The notes under the pieces were generated by a model. The model was given only the letters and a program-made list of their open reading frames with translations. It had not been told where the DNA came from and searched no databases. This document shows, piece by piece, positions 19,010 through 29,647 of a stretch of 64,000 bases of DNA. The stretch is taken from positions 59,032-123,031 of IMG/VR virus record IMGVR_UViG_3300037606_000123, one strand, 5' to 3'. Position 1 is the stretch's first letter; each line of letters starts with the position of its first letter. A program made the position numbers and the translations under genes. This DNA comes from a virus.

Positions 19010-19816
19010 TTATTTTATTTTTTCAAAATACCAATTGAACCAGTAGTATGTTGGTTTTTTTATTATATGTGTATTATTTTCTAATTTGAATTTAATAATA
19101 TCATTATCTGAATATATTACTTCAATTATATTATTTTCAAAAACTGTTTTTAATTGACCAAGTTCATTAAAAACATTTACTTCTTTCATAATTGTTTTAT
19201 ATATACCTGGTTTAATTTTAAACCAGTTTAAAATATGGTTCCATATTTTACCAGTAATTCTAATACGATCTTCTATTTTTAATTTTTCAATTTCAGTACA
19301 AATAAATTTCGGTTTTAATTCTAAACCAAATTTTTCAAATTTACCAAATATTTCAGCTTCACCAATATTAAATTTTATATAAAGATTAAAACCTATTCCG
19401 ATATTTAATGGAACCATTTTTAAAATAGTTAATTTATCTATTTCAATTTCTTGAACACTATTTTTACCATTTACATATGCTTGAATACCATCTGGAAATA
19501 AATATTGTGTTAATGCATTTACATAATACCACTGTTGTAATGAATTTTTTTTATCATAACCATAAACTGATCCACCACGTTGCGCACTCCAACTAGATAA
19601 AGGAACACCATTTAAATGAAATGTACCTATTGATGTAATATCACCATGCATTAATGTAACATCAGCATCCGGATCTATATCTGGATTTAACCAATCTGGA
19701 ACATCTATCATATCATTACAATTGTTATATTGTATATTCGTTCCACCCGTTGATGAACCATCTAATACAGGATTAAAAAATTCAAATACTTGTTCACGAT
19801 TACATAAATATTTCAT
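19010..19816 (-). CDS. Hypothetical protein (late-type element upstream)
   Basis: 268-aa ORF with AATATATA immediately upstream on the minus strand. Confidence 0.65.
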   Translation of the reverse strand: MKYLCNREQVFEFFNPVLDGSSTGGTNIQYNNCNDMIDVPDWLNPDIDPDADVTLMHGDITSIGTFHLNGVPLSSWSAQRGGSVYGYDKKNSLQQWYYVNALTQYLFPDGIQAYVNGKNSVQEIEIDKLTILKMVPLNIGIGFNLYIKFNIGEAEIFGKFEKFGLELKPKFICTEIEKLKIEDRIRITGKIWNHILNWFKIKPGIYKTIMKEVNVFNELGQLKTVFENNIIEVIYSDNDIIKFKLENNTHIIKKPTYYWFNWYFEKIK

Positions 19817-19938
19817 ATTAATTATATATATTAATTTTTATGATTTATATTTTTTATATGTTATTTTTTATATGTATATTTGTATTTCTAAACAATATAT
19901 TATTTTATTGTAAAAAATATAAACCAATTAATATAAAG

Positions 19939-20160
19939 ATGGCAACAAAATCAAAACACAGAAAAAATCACAAAGAGAAATTAGCAAAACGTAATACACG
20001 AATAGCAAATGAAAAAAAGATTCAAAATAAACGTATGCAAGAATACGTTAAACAATTAATGGCTGAACAAACGAATGAAAAATTAACGAGTGTAGCTGAA
20101 ACAACTGATCTTTCTTTCACAACAGATACAGAAAACCCAACAGATGAAACCAATATTTAA
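19939..20160 (+). CDS. Small basic hypothetical protein
   Basis: MATKSKHRKNH start at 19939 is preferred over the hydrophobic extension from 19840. Confidence 0.55.
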   Translation: MATKSKHRKNHKEKLAKRNTRIANEKKIQNKRMQEYVKQLMAEQTNEKLTSVAETTDLSFTTDTENPTDETNI

Positions 20161-20701
20161 TAATATTCAAAATAAAAAACTTGACACAGTAGATGGTGTC
20201 AAGTTTTTTTCTCGTTCTAGTGCCGTTGTAGCGCACATTTGGATAAAACAAGGTACAAGTACATTTGTTCTAATTGGTCAACGTGGTAACTCTGGTGATC
20301 AACCTTTTAAATTTAATATGCCATGTGGTTATATGGATTGGAATGAAACATTAGAAGAAGCATTATTTAGAGAAGTGTGGGAAGAATGTGGTTTAGATTT
20401 AAAAAACTTAATATTTGATAATAAAGTGTTGTTTAAAGCTATTGATCAACCATGGTCTGTTAATACAGATCCAAAAGAAAATAGAGAAAATATTTCTTTT
20501 CATTGTGGATTATTAATTGATATTGAAGATAAAACATTACCAGAATTATCTTTAGATAATATGGAACCAGATGAAGTATTAGGTATTAATTTTTGGGATT
20601 TAAATGTTGCTAAACGTATGAAAACATATGATTGGGCATTTAATCATAATGAAAGATTAATAGATTTTGAAAATTATTTAGAATCTAAATTTATATTATA
20701 A
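20144..20701 (+). CDS. Nudix hydrolase
   Basis: Intact Nudix box GYMDWNETLEEALFREVWEECGL. Confidence 0.9.
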   Translation: MKPIFNNIQNKKLDTVDGVKFFSRSSAVVAHIWIKQGTSTFVLIGQRGNSGDQPFKFNMPCGYMDWNETLEEALFREVWEECGLDLKNLIFDNKVLFKAIDQPWSVNTDPKENRENISFHCGLLIDIEDKTLPELSLDNMEPDEVLGINFWDLNVAKRMKTYDWAFNHNERLIDFENYLESKFIL

Positions 20702-20723
20702 AAAAAGAGAATTAATTAATTAA

Positions 20724-21455
20724 TTAATCCTCTTTTTTATTTTTATTTTTTTGATATTCTTGTTCAACTATATTTTTTTTCGTTTCTTCTTCTTTTTTTA
20801 ATTGTTCTTGTTTTGCATGTATTAAATCTGTTAATTTAGACATATCAACAATTACGCGTTTATCAGCATCATCTATTTTTTCTTCTGTTTGTTTAACAAT
20901 TTTTTCTTCTTCATTTTCAAATCCATATAATTCAGCATATATTTTCCAGTAACTTTCACATTTATTTAAATGTTCATCTAACACTTTCATATTAGCTCTT
21001 AATTCTTGTTGTGCTTTATTAACAGAATCAAACATTTCTTTACTCATATCACCACCATCAATTGATTCTTGTAATCTTAATAAATTTGATTCTGATATAC
21101 TTAACATTAATAAAATTCTAGAATATTTTAATATGTCATTTTGTTTTAAATCTTTTAAACGTGGTGAATCTAATAAACTTAAACTTTTAACATAAGTTAA
21201 AACAATATTATTTACAGATTGTTCTGCAAATTCTTTATGGTTTTTCATTTCATCAATATAATCAATATATTTAATACTGTTACTATTGTCAGGAAAATCA
21301 CCAATTTTCGGAAATAAATCATTTGTATTTAATTGTACAGGATCAGATTTTATTAATTCTTTTAAATTTGCTAATTTGCTTTTTGTTGTATCTAATGCAG
21401 ATTTTTTAGAATTATTTAAATTATCGGGTTTTAAAATATCATCTATATTTGGCAT
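20724..21455 (-). CDS. Hypothetical coiled-coil protein
   Basis: 243-aa ORF ending at a bidirectional terminator (20702-20738). Confidence 0.65.
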   Translation of the reverse strand: MPNIDDILKPDNLNNSKKSALDTTKSKLANLKELIKSDPVQLNTNDLFPKIGDFPDNSNSIKYIDYIDEMKNHKEFAEQSVNNIVLTYVKSLSLLDSPRLKDLKQNDILKYSRILLMLSISESNLLRLQESIDGGDMSKEMFDSVNKAQQELRANMKVLDEHLNKCESYWKIYAELYGFENEEEKIVKQTEEKIDDADKRVIVDMSKLTDLIHAKQEQLKKEEETKKNIVEQEYQKNKNKKED

Positions 21456-21456
21456 T

Positions 21457-22746
21457 TTATTTCTTTTTTACTAATTTTTTCTTATCATTATTTTCATCAC
21501 CAAATAATGAATCTACTTCTGGATATGCATAACCTTTATTATCTTCTTCCCATTTTATATTTGGATAGTCTTTCAAATCTTTTAAGTTATATGAATATTT
21601 ATTTAATTTGTTATTATAATTTAATTGTGTTTCAATTTTCAATTCAATTTTGCGTACTAATGTATTTAAATGGTCTAACGCAATATTATTAATAATACCG
21701 ATTTCTTTTTTATGTTTTCTTTGAAAATTAGAAAGTATAATTTTAAATACATATTCAATTTTTGAATGTTTATTTATATAATCTAATGTTGTTTCATTTT
21801 TTATTAATGCTTGATTAATTCTAAATTTATCACTATTGAAAAATTCTGGAACAGTAAAAATGAAATCAATTATATTAATTTCATACTTTTGAATATACAT
21901 ATTAAATAATTTTGATATTAAATTTATATAAATCACTTCTCTTGTTGTACCAGAAATATCTAATTCATCTATATCAATACTTAATAACCATTGCATAAAA
22001 TTAAATAATAATATAGAATATACATCAGAATATTCAGAATCAACTTTTAATTGCATTTTATTATAAATAGGATTTAATATCTCTAATGTTGATTCTTTAT
22101 TTGATTTAATAAAGCGTATTATTATTTTTTCTAAGTTCTGTTGAAAACTATCTTTTTTTAAGAATGAGTTTTTTGCAAATGGATTTAATAATTTATAAAA
22201 AAATTCAGTGAAGTTTGTATTCTTTAAAAATAGTTTTGTGTCTTGTTCAGACGTGTTTAGGAAATACGTTATGGCTTTTAATTGTTTATCTGATAGTTTA
22301 CCATTATAAATAATTGGTAGCGTTTCAACGCCAAATAAATCAGCATAAATTTTTAACTCTTCAATATCATAACTGTATTTTTTACCATACTTACATATTG
22401 TTGTTAATATTAAATTATTTTTTGGAATTCTTTCATATTTAATATGTGCTGGTTGTTCATCAGGGAAATATTCAAAACAAAAATACATATTTGGTCTTAA
22501 TAAATCTGTAACTTCATCAGGTAATGATAACAAATATGCCCAAGCATATTTATAATATTTTTGCATCGCTAAATCTACTAAATTTATAGGGTTTTGATTT
22601 ATATTTTTTGGTCGTATTAACCAGTTACCATTTACATAATTAATCCATATTTTGGATCCTTGTACGTCTTCATATATAATGATTTCTTCATTAGAGATAA
22701 GTTCAATAAACTTATCAGGTTCAATTTGATTGTTTCTTATTAACAT
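21457..22746 (-). CDS. RNA-ligase-2-like fold protein lacking the catalytic lysine
   Basis: IYEDVQGSKI aligns with motif I EKxDGSN; FCFEYF resembles motif III; GVETLPIIY.G resembles the Rnl2 GxxxVP segment. Confidence 0.45.
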   Translation of the reverse strand: MLIRNNQIEPDKFIELISNEEIIIYEDVQGSKIWINYVNGNWLIRPKNINQNPINLVDLAMQKYYKYAWAYLLSLPDEVTDLLRPNMYFCFEYFPDEQPAHIKYERIPKNNLILTTICKYGKKYSYDIEELKIYADLFGVETLPIIYNGKLSDKQLKAITYFLNTSEQDTKLFLKNTNFTEFFYKLLNPFAKNSFLKKDSFQQNLEKIIIRFIKSNKESTLEILNPIYNKMQLKVDSEYSDVYSILLFNFMQWLLSIDIDELDISGTTREVIYINLISKLFNMYIQKYEINIIDFIFTVPEFFNSDKFRINQALIKNETTLDYINKHSKIEYVFKIILSNFQRKHKKEIGIINNIALDHLNTLVRKIELKIETQLNYNNKLNKYSYNLKDLKDYPNIKWEEDNKGYAYPEVDSLFGDENNDKKKLVKKK

Positions 22747-22790
22747 GTTAGAATTTTTGTTTTTATTCTGTTATTTAATATATATAGTAT

Positions 22791-23036
22791 ATGAATATCG
22801 CTTCTATTAAAGATTATACAGAAAATTATTGGTACCGTGGATTTAAAAAAATGTATATTAAAGAATATTCAAATAACAAAATTTTATTTTCTAATAATGA
22901 TATTATAAAAATTGAAAATAGTGATATATATTTAAATAATAAATTAATATGTTCTGATCCAGATATAACAATAGAACAGTTCTTAGAATTATATAAATAT
23001 ATTTTAATAAAAAAAGGATATAAATTTACAGACTAA
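22791..23036 (+). CDS. Hypothetical protein
   Basis: 81-aa ORF whose stop overlaps the next start. Confidence 0.55.
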   Translation: MNIASIKDYTENYWYRGFKKMYIKEYSNNKILFSNNDIIKIENSDIYLNNKLICSDPDITIEQFLELYKYILIKKGYKFTD

Positions 23037-23419
23037 TGATAACTAATATAAATGAATTCAAAAAAAATAATAAAGAAGCAACATACGACAATTTAGCTGA
23101 TGATATTACTATTATAAATAAAGAAACATTAGAACCGATTAACTCCGACGAATATGAAATTGATCAAATAATAGATATTATTACAGATCAAGAAGAAATT
23201 AAAAAATTTGAAGGTGCATCAAATATTTCAAAAACAGATTTAACATATAAAACAGTTGATAGAAATGATATATTGTGGATTACTGTTATGTTAAAATCAC
23301 GTAATAACTCATCAGCATATCCGTTGGGAGAACTTGGGGTTGTTAAAGTGAAGGTTCTTCAAACATTTTATGGTTTAAATAAATTAAAACAATTAAAAAC
23401 AACAGATAAAATTTATTAA
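23036..23419 (+). CDS. Tagged (MITNINEF) hypothetical protein
   Basis: N-terminus MITNINEFKKNNKE. Confidence 0.7.
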   Translation: MITNINEFKKNNKEATYDNLADDITIINKETLEPINSDEYEIDQIIDIITDQEEIKKFEGASNISKTDLTYKTVDRNDILWITVMLKSRNNSSAYPLGELGVVKVKVLQTFYGLNKLKQLKTTDKIY

Positions 23420-23448
23420 ACATATTTTAATTTAATTGTAATATAATT

Positions 23449-24165
23449 ATGAATTATAATTATATTGGGATTGATACATCACTAAGTTCTACAGGCTTAT
23501 ACATTTGTTTAAAAGATGGTAGCGAACATTATTACAACTATCGTAATACCGATAAATTAACTAAATGGCATAAAATTTTAGATTTCATAAATTATTTTGA
23601 TTATCAAAATATTAAATTAGATAATTATTCTGATACAGAAATAGCAAAAATCATTCAATATAATAAAGTTACAGATCAAATGGTTACAGATATTTTAAAA
23701 CATTGCATACCACAAGAAACAAAAATAATAACAGAAGGGTATTCGTATTCTTCTTCAAATACATCATCATTAATTGATTTAATTTCTTATGCTACTTTAT
23801 TAAGAAATAAATTAATCCAATTAGATTTTAATGATTTTATAATTAAATCACCGTCAACATTAAAATTAGATTGTTGTAAATCAACATATATTCCAATAGA
23901 AAAAATTATTGGTGGAAAAAAACCAAGGATAGAATTAATTTACAGAAATGATGAAGGTATTGCAGGTGGTAAATTTACAAAACGTGAAATGTTAAAATCG
24001 ATATTTGATCACCCAAATGTTAATGTATATATACAAAAAATATTAGATTTTCACATTGTTGATCTACTAAAAATGAAAAACATACCGAAACCTATTGATG
24101 ATGTTGTTGATGCTGTTTGGTTAGCATGGACAGAAATATTAGTAAATGAAAACCTTATCAATTGA
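23449..24165 (+). CDS. RuvC-like Holliday junction resolvase
   Basis: YIGIDTSLSSTG, ITEGYSYS and DDVVDAVWLA acidic motifs. Confidence 0.75.
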   Translation: MNYNYIGIDTSLSSTGLYICLKDGSEHYYNYRNTDKLTKWHKILDFINYFDYQNIKLDNYSDTEIAKIIQYNKVTDQMVTDILKHCIPQETKIITEGYSYSSSNTSSLIDLISYATLLRNKLIQLDFNDFIIKSPSTLKLDCCKSTYIPIEKIIGGKKPRIELIYRNDEGIAGGKFTKREMLKSIFDHPNVNVYIQKILDFHIVDLLKMKNIPKPIDDVVDAVWLAWTEILVNENLIN

Positions 24166-24191
24166 TGAGGTTTTTTTAATATATAACTTTA

Positions 24192-25388
24192 ATGATTACA
24201 ACTATAAATGATTTTAAAAATATAAATGAAGCATCAAAAAAGAAAACTGATGGTTTTGATTTATTTATTATAGATACACAAAAAGAAAATAATAAAATGT
24301 TTAATGATGATAATTTAAAATCATTAAATAATTATAGTAAAGATTTTTCAAGAGTATTTCAATTATGGAATAGTACAAACACATCAAAACCAAGTTATGA
24401 ATTTAATAACCAAGTTAAATTTTATAGTACACAACAAGGTAGAAAATTATCATTAACAGATGTTTCATTATTATTTCATAAACCACAACAAGAAAATATT
24501 ATAAATAGAATTAAAAATATACCAGATGATTATGAAATGTTCGAAACAATTCATAATGAAATTTGGTTTTATTTAGGTTTTGATAAATGGTTTTTATTAA
24601 CAACAGAATTAGTTAAATTATTTAAAACATTTAAAAAACAAAACCGTAAAATTATTATTACAGGTGTAAAAAAATCATGTAATTTAATTTATCATATAAT
24701 GCGAAAAATGGAAATTGATGTAGAATATAATTTTGAATTTATTTTTGATGGTACACCAAGTGTATTAAAAGAATCTAAAAACATGTCAGGTGAAATTGAA
24801 TATATTAAAAATCATTTAGATCATAATCGAGGACAAGATGATTATCATATGGATATGGTATTAGATGATAATGTATTAGCATATGTTGATTATTCATTAT
24901 ATCGCGGTAAATTACATATTAAAATGATTGAAACTGTAATTAAAAATAAAGGTTATGGTTTAATGTTAATGAGAGAACTTGCAAAAGATTATGGTTATGA
25001 AAATATAGAACGAAATCAATTAACACCAGATGGAATGAAAATGCGTAAAAAATTAGATGATGAATTTAATTTTGATTATGAAAAACATATAAAAAATCAA
25101 AATAAACATATAAAAGCAGACGTAATTAAAGATATAAGAATAAAAAATTCTATAGTAGCAGATTTTTTAAGTGATATATTATTATTAGGTTCTGATGAAA
25201 CATGGAAAAAATGGTTGAAACGTTCAGATTATAATGATATAAATAATAAATTAGTATTAGATTTTAACTTAGATTTTAATGATATTAGTGATATATCTAC
25301 ATGGATTAAAAATTCACCGACTAATAACAATGATATATTACAAGATGTACCATATAATATTAAAAATGATTTAAATAAATTATTATGA
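24192..25388 (+). CDS. Tagged (MITTINDF) two-domain protein with a GNAT-like domain
   Basis: MITTINDFKNINEA; internal LKES; LHIKMIET..KNKGYGLMLMREL and QLTPDG. Confidence 0.6.
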   Translation: MITTINDFKNINEASKKKTDGFDLFIIDTQKENNKMFNDDNLKSLNNYSKDFSRVFQLWNSTNTSKPSYEFNNQVKFYSTQQGRKLSLTDVSLLFHKPQQENIINRIKNIPDDYEMFETIHNEIWFYLGFDKWFLLTTELVKLFKTFKKQNRKIIITGVKKSCNLIYHIMRKMEIDVEYNFEFIFDGTPSVLKESKNMSGEIEYIKNHLDHNRGQDDYHMDMVLDDNVLAYVDYSLYRGKLHIKMIETVIKNKGYGLMLMRELAKDYGYENIERNQLTPDGMKMRKKLDDEFNFDYEKHIKNQNKHIKADVIKDIRIKNSIVADFLSDILLLGSDETWKKWLKRSDYNDINNKLVLDFNLDFNDISDISTWIKNSPTNNNDILQDVPYNIKNDLNKLL

Positions 25389-25897
25389 TAACAAATATTT
25401 TAAATTTTAAAATATTTGAATCTGGTTTAAATAATGTTAAAATATATAATTCAGATGAATTTTATGAATACATTTCTACTAATGGACCACAAAAAACATT
25501 TGATCCTAGATTTTTACGTAAAAATGATGGTGGTAAAAAGGCATTTAAATATTACGAATATCAAGATTATAGTTCAATGTATGTAAATGTTGATAATACT
25601 ATATTTTTTGGAATATTTGAAAATGATATAATGGTTGGACTTTCAAGAATTTATTTAAATGATATAAATAAATCAAAAAATATTTGGTGGTTAACTTATT
25701 TATGTATTGATCCAATATATGAAGGTAAAGGATATGCTACACAATTAGCTGATTATATATTTAAATATTTTAAACAAAACAATTATACATTTGAAACATC
25801 TTCTTATACTGAACAAGGATTTATTAAATTAAAACCATTATTTAATCGTTTAGCATTAAAATATAATGTTACATTTATAGATAAAGAAAAATTCTAA
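25385..25897 (+). CDS. Tagged GNAT acetyltransferase
   Basis: MITNILNFKIFES; LTYLCIDPIYEGKGYATQL is GNAT motif A. Confidence 0.8.
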   Translation: MITNILNFKIFESGLNNVKIYNSDEFYEYISTNGPQKTFDPRFLRKNDGGKKAFKYYEYQDYSSMYVNVDNTIFFGIFENDIMVGLSRIYLNDINKSKNIWWLTYLCIDPIYEGKGYATQLADYIFKYFKQNNYTFETSSYTEQGFIKLKPLFNRLALKYNVTFIDKEKF

Positions 25898-25990
25898 AAA
25901 TATTTTTTTAATATTAAACTTTTTATACAATATTTCATATAATATGTATCAATATAATGAATAAAAAGAATAAAAAGAATTTAAAAAATT

Positions 25991-27007
25991 ATGGAAGATG
26001 TATTTAATTTAGAAGGATCGGGGTCCAATTCATATTTGAATGACACGAAAAAAACAGATGATGGTTTATTAAGACCAAAATTAGAAGAGGGTAAAGATGG
26101 AAAAAGAGAATTAGTAGTTCGTATTTTACCAAATTTATCAAGAGAGGGTAAAATCGGCTCAACAGCAATGGAAAAGCATATACATTATGCAAACTTCAAA
26201 AACAATCCTGAATTACAGGGATATTTTGATTGTTTAAAAAATGCAAATATAGCAAAAGATTGTCCTTTATGTAAAACATATTGGAATTTGAAAAATTCTA
26301 AAAATCCAGCAGATGATGATAAAGCAAAATTAATTAATCGTTCAACAAAATATTATGCTTATGCATATGTTGTTGAAGATACACAAGTACCAGAAAATGA
26401 AGGTAAAATTTTTATTTTTCCGTTTGGATATAAGATTTTCCAAAAAATCAAAATGAAAGCTGAAAGCACACGTAAACCAGTTAAAGTTGAAGATTTAATT
26501 TATGGTGCAAATTTGAATTTAGTTATTCAAGAAGTTGGTGGTTATTATAACTACGATGCTTCTGAATTTGAATCTCCTGAACCAATTGAATTTAATGGTA
26601 AACAATTAGTTGTTGCTGCTGATGGATCAATTTCAAAAGAAGAAAAAACTAGAGTGTTTGAATTCTTATTATCAAGAGAACACGATTTAGAATCATTTAT
26701 GCCATCAGATTGGACAGCTGAACAATATGATAAAGTGGATAAAATTGTTGCATTGTTATCAGGTGTAAGTTATTCAGGTACAAGTTCATCAGCACCAACA
26801 GAAAAAGTTAGTACTACATTAACAAGTGCATCAGTATTTGATGATGATGATGATGATGATGATGAACCAGAAGTTGTTGCTGAAAAAGCACCTCGAAAAA
26901 AAGTTGCAAAAATTGTAGACGAAGATGAAGATGAAGATACTGTAACAACAGTAAAAGCAGCAAAGAAAAAAGCTGCAGCTTTTTTCTTTGATTCCGAAGA
27001 AGATTAA
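25991..27007 (+). CDS. gp32: T4 gp32-like single-stranded DNA-binding protein
   Basis: VRILPN, H...CP.C zinc ligands, YAY..V.D..PEN.GK.F.F.FG.KI..K, GAN..L, NYD.S.F and an acidic C-tail. Confidence 0.9.
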   Translation: MEDVFNLEGSGSNSYLNDTKKTDDGLLRPKLEEGKDGKRELVVRILPNLSREGKIGSTAMEKHIHYANFKNNPELQGYFDCLKNANIAKDCPLCKTYWNLKNSKNPADDDKAKLINRSTKYYAYAYVVEDTQVPENEGKIFIFPFGYKIFQKIKMKAESTRKPVKVEDLIYGANLNLVIQEVGGYYNYDASEFESPEPIEFNGKQLVVAADGSISKEEKTRVFEFLLSREHDLESFMPSDWTAEQYDKVDKIVALLSGVSYSGTSSSAPTEKVSTTLTSASVFDDDDDDDDEPEVVAEKAPRKKVAKIVDEDEDEDTVTTVKAAKKKAAAFFFDSEED

Positions 27008-27030
27008 TATAATTTTTTAATATAATTAAA

Positions 27031-27064
27031 AAAAAAGAGTATTCATATGAATACTCTTTTTTTT
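27031..27064. terminator. Bidirectional intrinsic terminator between convergent gp32 and endonuclease
   Basis: A-tract, GAGTATTCA..TGAATACTC hairpin, T-tract. Confidence 0.8.
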
Positions 27065-27076
27065 ATTATAAAAATT

Positions 27077-28462
27077 TTATTGATTTATTTGTTTATTAAA
27101 TTTTTTAGAACGAATTCCAACTAATTCACCAGATAAATATCTTGGATCATCTTTATCAATTCTATATACGATACCATTACAATCTTTAGTGACAATTTTA
27201 TTTTTTGCAATTCCAACTAATTCACCAGATAAAAATCTTGGATCGTTTATATCTACTTGAAAATTATTTTCATCTTTATCTTTAACAATAATTTTATTTT
27301 TTGCAATTCCAACTAATTCACCAGATAAGTATCTTGGATCATCTTTATCAATTCTATCTACAATACCATTACAATCTTTAACTGAAACTTTACCGGTAGC
27401 AATTCCAACTAATTCACCAGATAAAAATCTTGGATCGTTTACATCTACTTGAAAATTATTTCCATCTTTATCTTTAACAACAACTTTATTTTTAGTAAAT
27501 GTAATTAATTCACCATTTTTAAATCTTTCATCATTTTTATCAACATGATATATATTTCCATCTTTATCTTTCACACCTATTTTATTTTTTGAAAAACAAT
27601 AAAAATTATCAGTTTTATAAAATGGATCATCTTTATCAACATAATATATATTACCATCAATATCTTTAATATTCATTTTACCTGTTGATACCGCAACTAG
27701 TTCACCAGATAAATATCTTGGATCTGTTATATCTACTTGATAAAATTTACCATCTTTATCTTTTACAGAAATTTTACCTACAGTAATTGGAATTAATTCA
27801 CCAGATAAATATCTTGGATCTGTTATATCTACTTGATAATTGTTTCCATATTTATCTTTAACTTGAACTTTACCTACAGCAATTGGAATTAATTCTCCAG
27901 ATAAATATCTTGGATTTGTTATATCTACCTGTAATGTATTTCCGTCTTTATCTTTTACGACAACTTTATCAGTCATAATAAACTTTAATTCTCCAGATAA
28001 ATATCTTGGATCTGTTATATCTACTTGACAATTATTTCCATCTTTGTCTTTTACAGTTACTTTATCAGTAGCAATAAATTTTAATTCACCAGATAAATAT
28101 CTTGGATCTATTTTATCAATAAAATAATTATTTCCAATGTTATCTTTAACTATAACTTTACCCTTATTATTAATAGTTCCACCTAATATAATATTATATG
28201 TATCTTTTCTTAAAACAAAGTCATCATTTACTAATTCTAGTTCTTTATTTAACATATCTATTTTATTATCAAAAATATGTAATATTTCTTTTTTAAAATT
28301 TTCTTTTCCGTGTTTTTTAATAGATAATTTTAATTTTTTACCACTACCCAGATAATTATCATTTATATTATCTGTTATATGACATCCAATATAAATTTTA
28401 TTATTAATTAGATTTATTGTTTGATAAATTATATATTTTAACTCGTTTTGTGTATTGTTCAT
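27077..28462 (-). mobile_element. Seg-like GIY-YIG homing endonuclease with eleven 32-aa repeats
   Basis: IIYQTINLINNKIYIGCH..YLGSG..L...IKKHGKENF.KEIL N-domain; repeat KVxVKDKDGNxxQVDxxDPRYLSGELxxxxxx. Start at ATG 28462 after AATATATA. Confidence 0.85.
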
Positions 28463-28481
28463 AATATATATATTAATAATA

Positions 28482-28530
28482 AAAAGTGAAAAAAGCTGCA
28501 GCATTTTTTGAAGACGAAGACGAAGATTAA
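28482..28530 (+). pseudogene. Orphan duplicate of the gp32 3' end
   Basis: Reads KVKKAAAFFEDEDED-stop versus AKKKAAAFFFDSEED-stop in gp32; the 14-nt AAAAAAGCTGCAGC is identical. Confidence 0.8.
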
Positions 28531-28644
28531 TTTTCACAGTTTTTTTTTTTTTTTTTTAAAACCTCATTATAATATAATGAGGTTTTTTATTTTAAACATA
28601 TTAATAAATTAAACGTATAAATATAAATATAAATAAAAACAAAT

Positions 28645-29643
28645 ATGGAAAATATTTTAAATAAATCATATAAACGAAAAAATGATGTTAATTCAGATAT
28701 ATTTACAGCATTAAGTATTGATAACGATTTTGTTATTTTTTCTAATGGTGCTAAATGTAAAATTGCAACATTAATGACAGATTTTGTTGTGTCTGATAAT
28801 AATTTTGAAAATGTATCAGAATCTGTTAATTTAGAACTTAATCCTGATACATTTTTTGATACACCATTAAACACAAATGATCCGGTTTATGATCAATTAG
28901 ATCAAGCTGTAATAACACCTGGACAACAAACACATTCACAAAAATTACGCAATAGTGTATCATTAGACGAATCTGTTCCAAATAAACCATTACAAATAAA
29001 CGCTATAAATAAAAATGGTTTAAATTTAGGTAATGATGATAATAATGATTTAAATAATAATACACAAAATTCAACATATAATGAAAATAGATTACCGGAA
29101 TGGGATGTTTTTGATCGTGTTAAAAAATCAGAAGAAATTGATTTTGAATTAACATTTAAAATAAAATTACCAAAAGCACAAAAAATTGATGCATTGAATG
29201 ATATGTTTGAAACATCATTTATAAATTATTTAGCAAAACAATACATTAAAGATAATGTTATTAATAATACAATTGATTTACAATTAACAATTAAAGATGC
29301 AATTGAAAAATGGGTTGATGATAGTATTTATGGAAATAAAAAAACCACTACTAAAAAAACACGTAAACCTATAGTTAAAACTGAAGTTAAAACTGAAGTT
29401 GATGATAATATAAATACACAACTAGATAGTACAAATACATCAGATTTTTTTAATAATATACAACAACCTATATGGGATGGCGATTTAAAAAAAATAATAT
29501 TAATTAATACACAAGAACAATATATTGCTGTACAAAAACAATTAAATATATTAAGAGAAAATAATCCCGATTCTATAGATATTGATAGATATGAGGATTT
29601 AATGTTAATTTATGATGAACAAATAAAAGATATAAAAAAATAA
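28645..29643 (+). CDS. Hypothetical protein
   Basis: 332-aa ORF after a TAAAC-N18-TATAAA promoter. Confidence 0.7.
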   Translation: MENILNKSYKRKNDVNSDIFTALSIDNDFVIFSNGAKCKIATLMTDFVVSDNNFENVSESVNLELNPDTFFDTPLNTNDPVYDQLDQAVITPGQQTHSQKLRNSVSLDESVPNKPLQINAINKNGLNLGNDDNNDLNNNTQNSTYNENRLPEWDVFDRVKKSEEIDFELTFKIKLPKAQKIDALNDMFETSFINYLAKQYIKDNVINNTIDLQLTIKDAIEKWVDDSIYGNKKTTTKKTRKPIVKTEVKTEVDDNINTQLDSTNTSDFFNNIQQPIWDGDLKKIILINTQEQYIAVQKQLNILRENNPDSIDIDRYEDLMLIYDEQIKDIKK

Positions 29644-29647
29644 AAAT

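Noticed and set aside
27090-28160. CRISPR array
   Set aside because: The 96-nt periodicity is an in-frame protein repeat without unique spacers.
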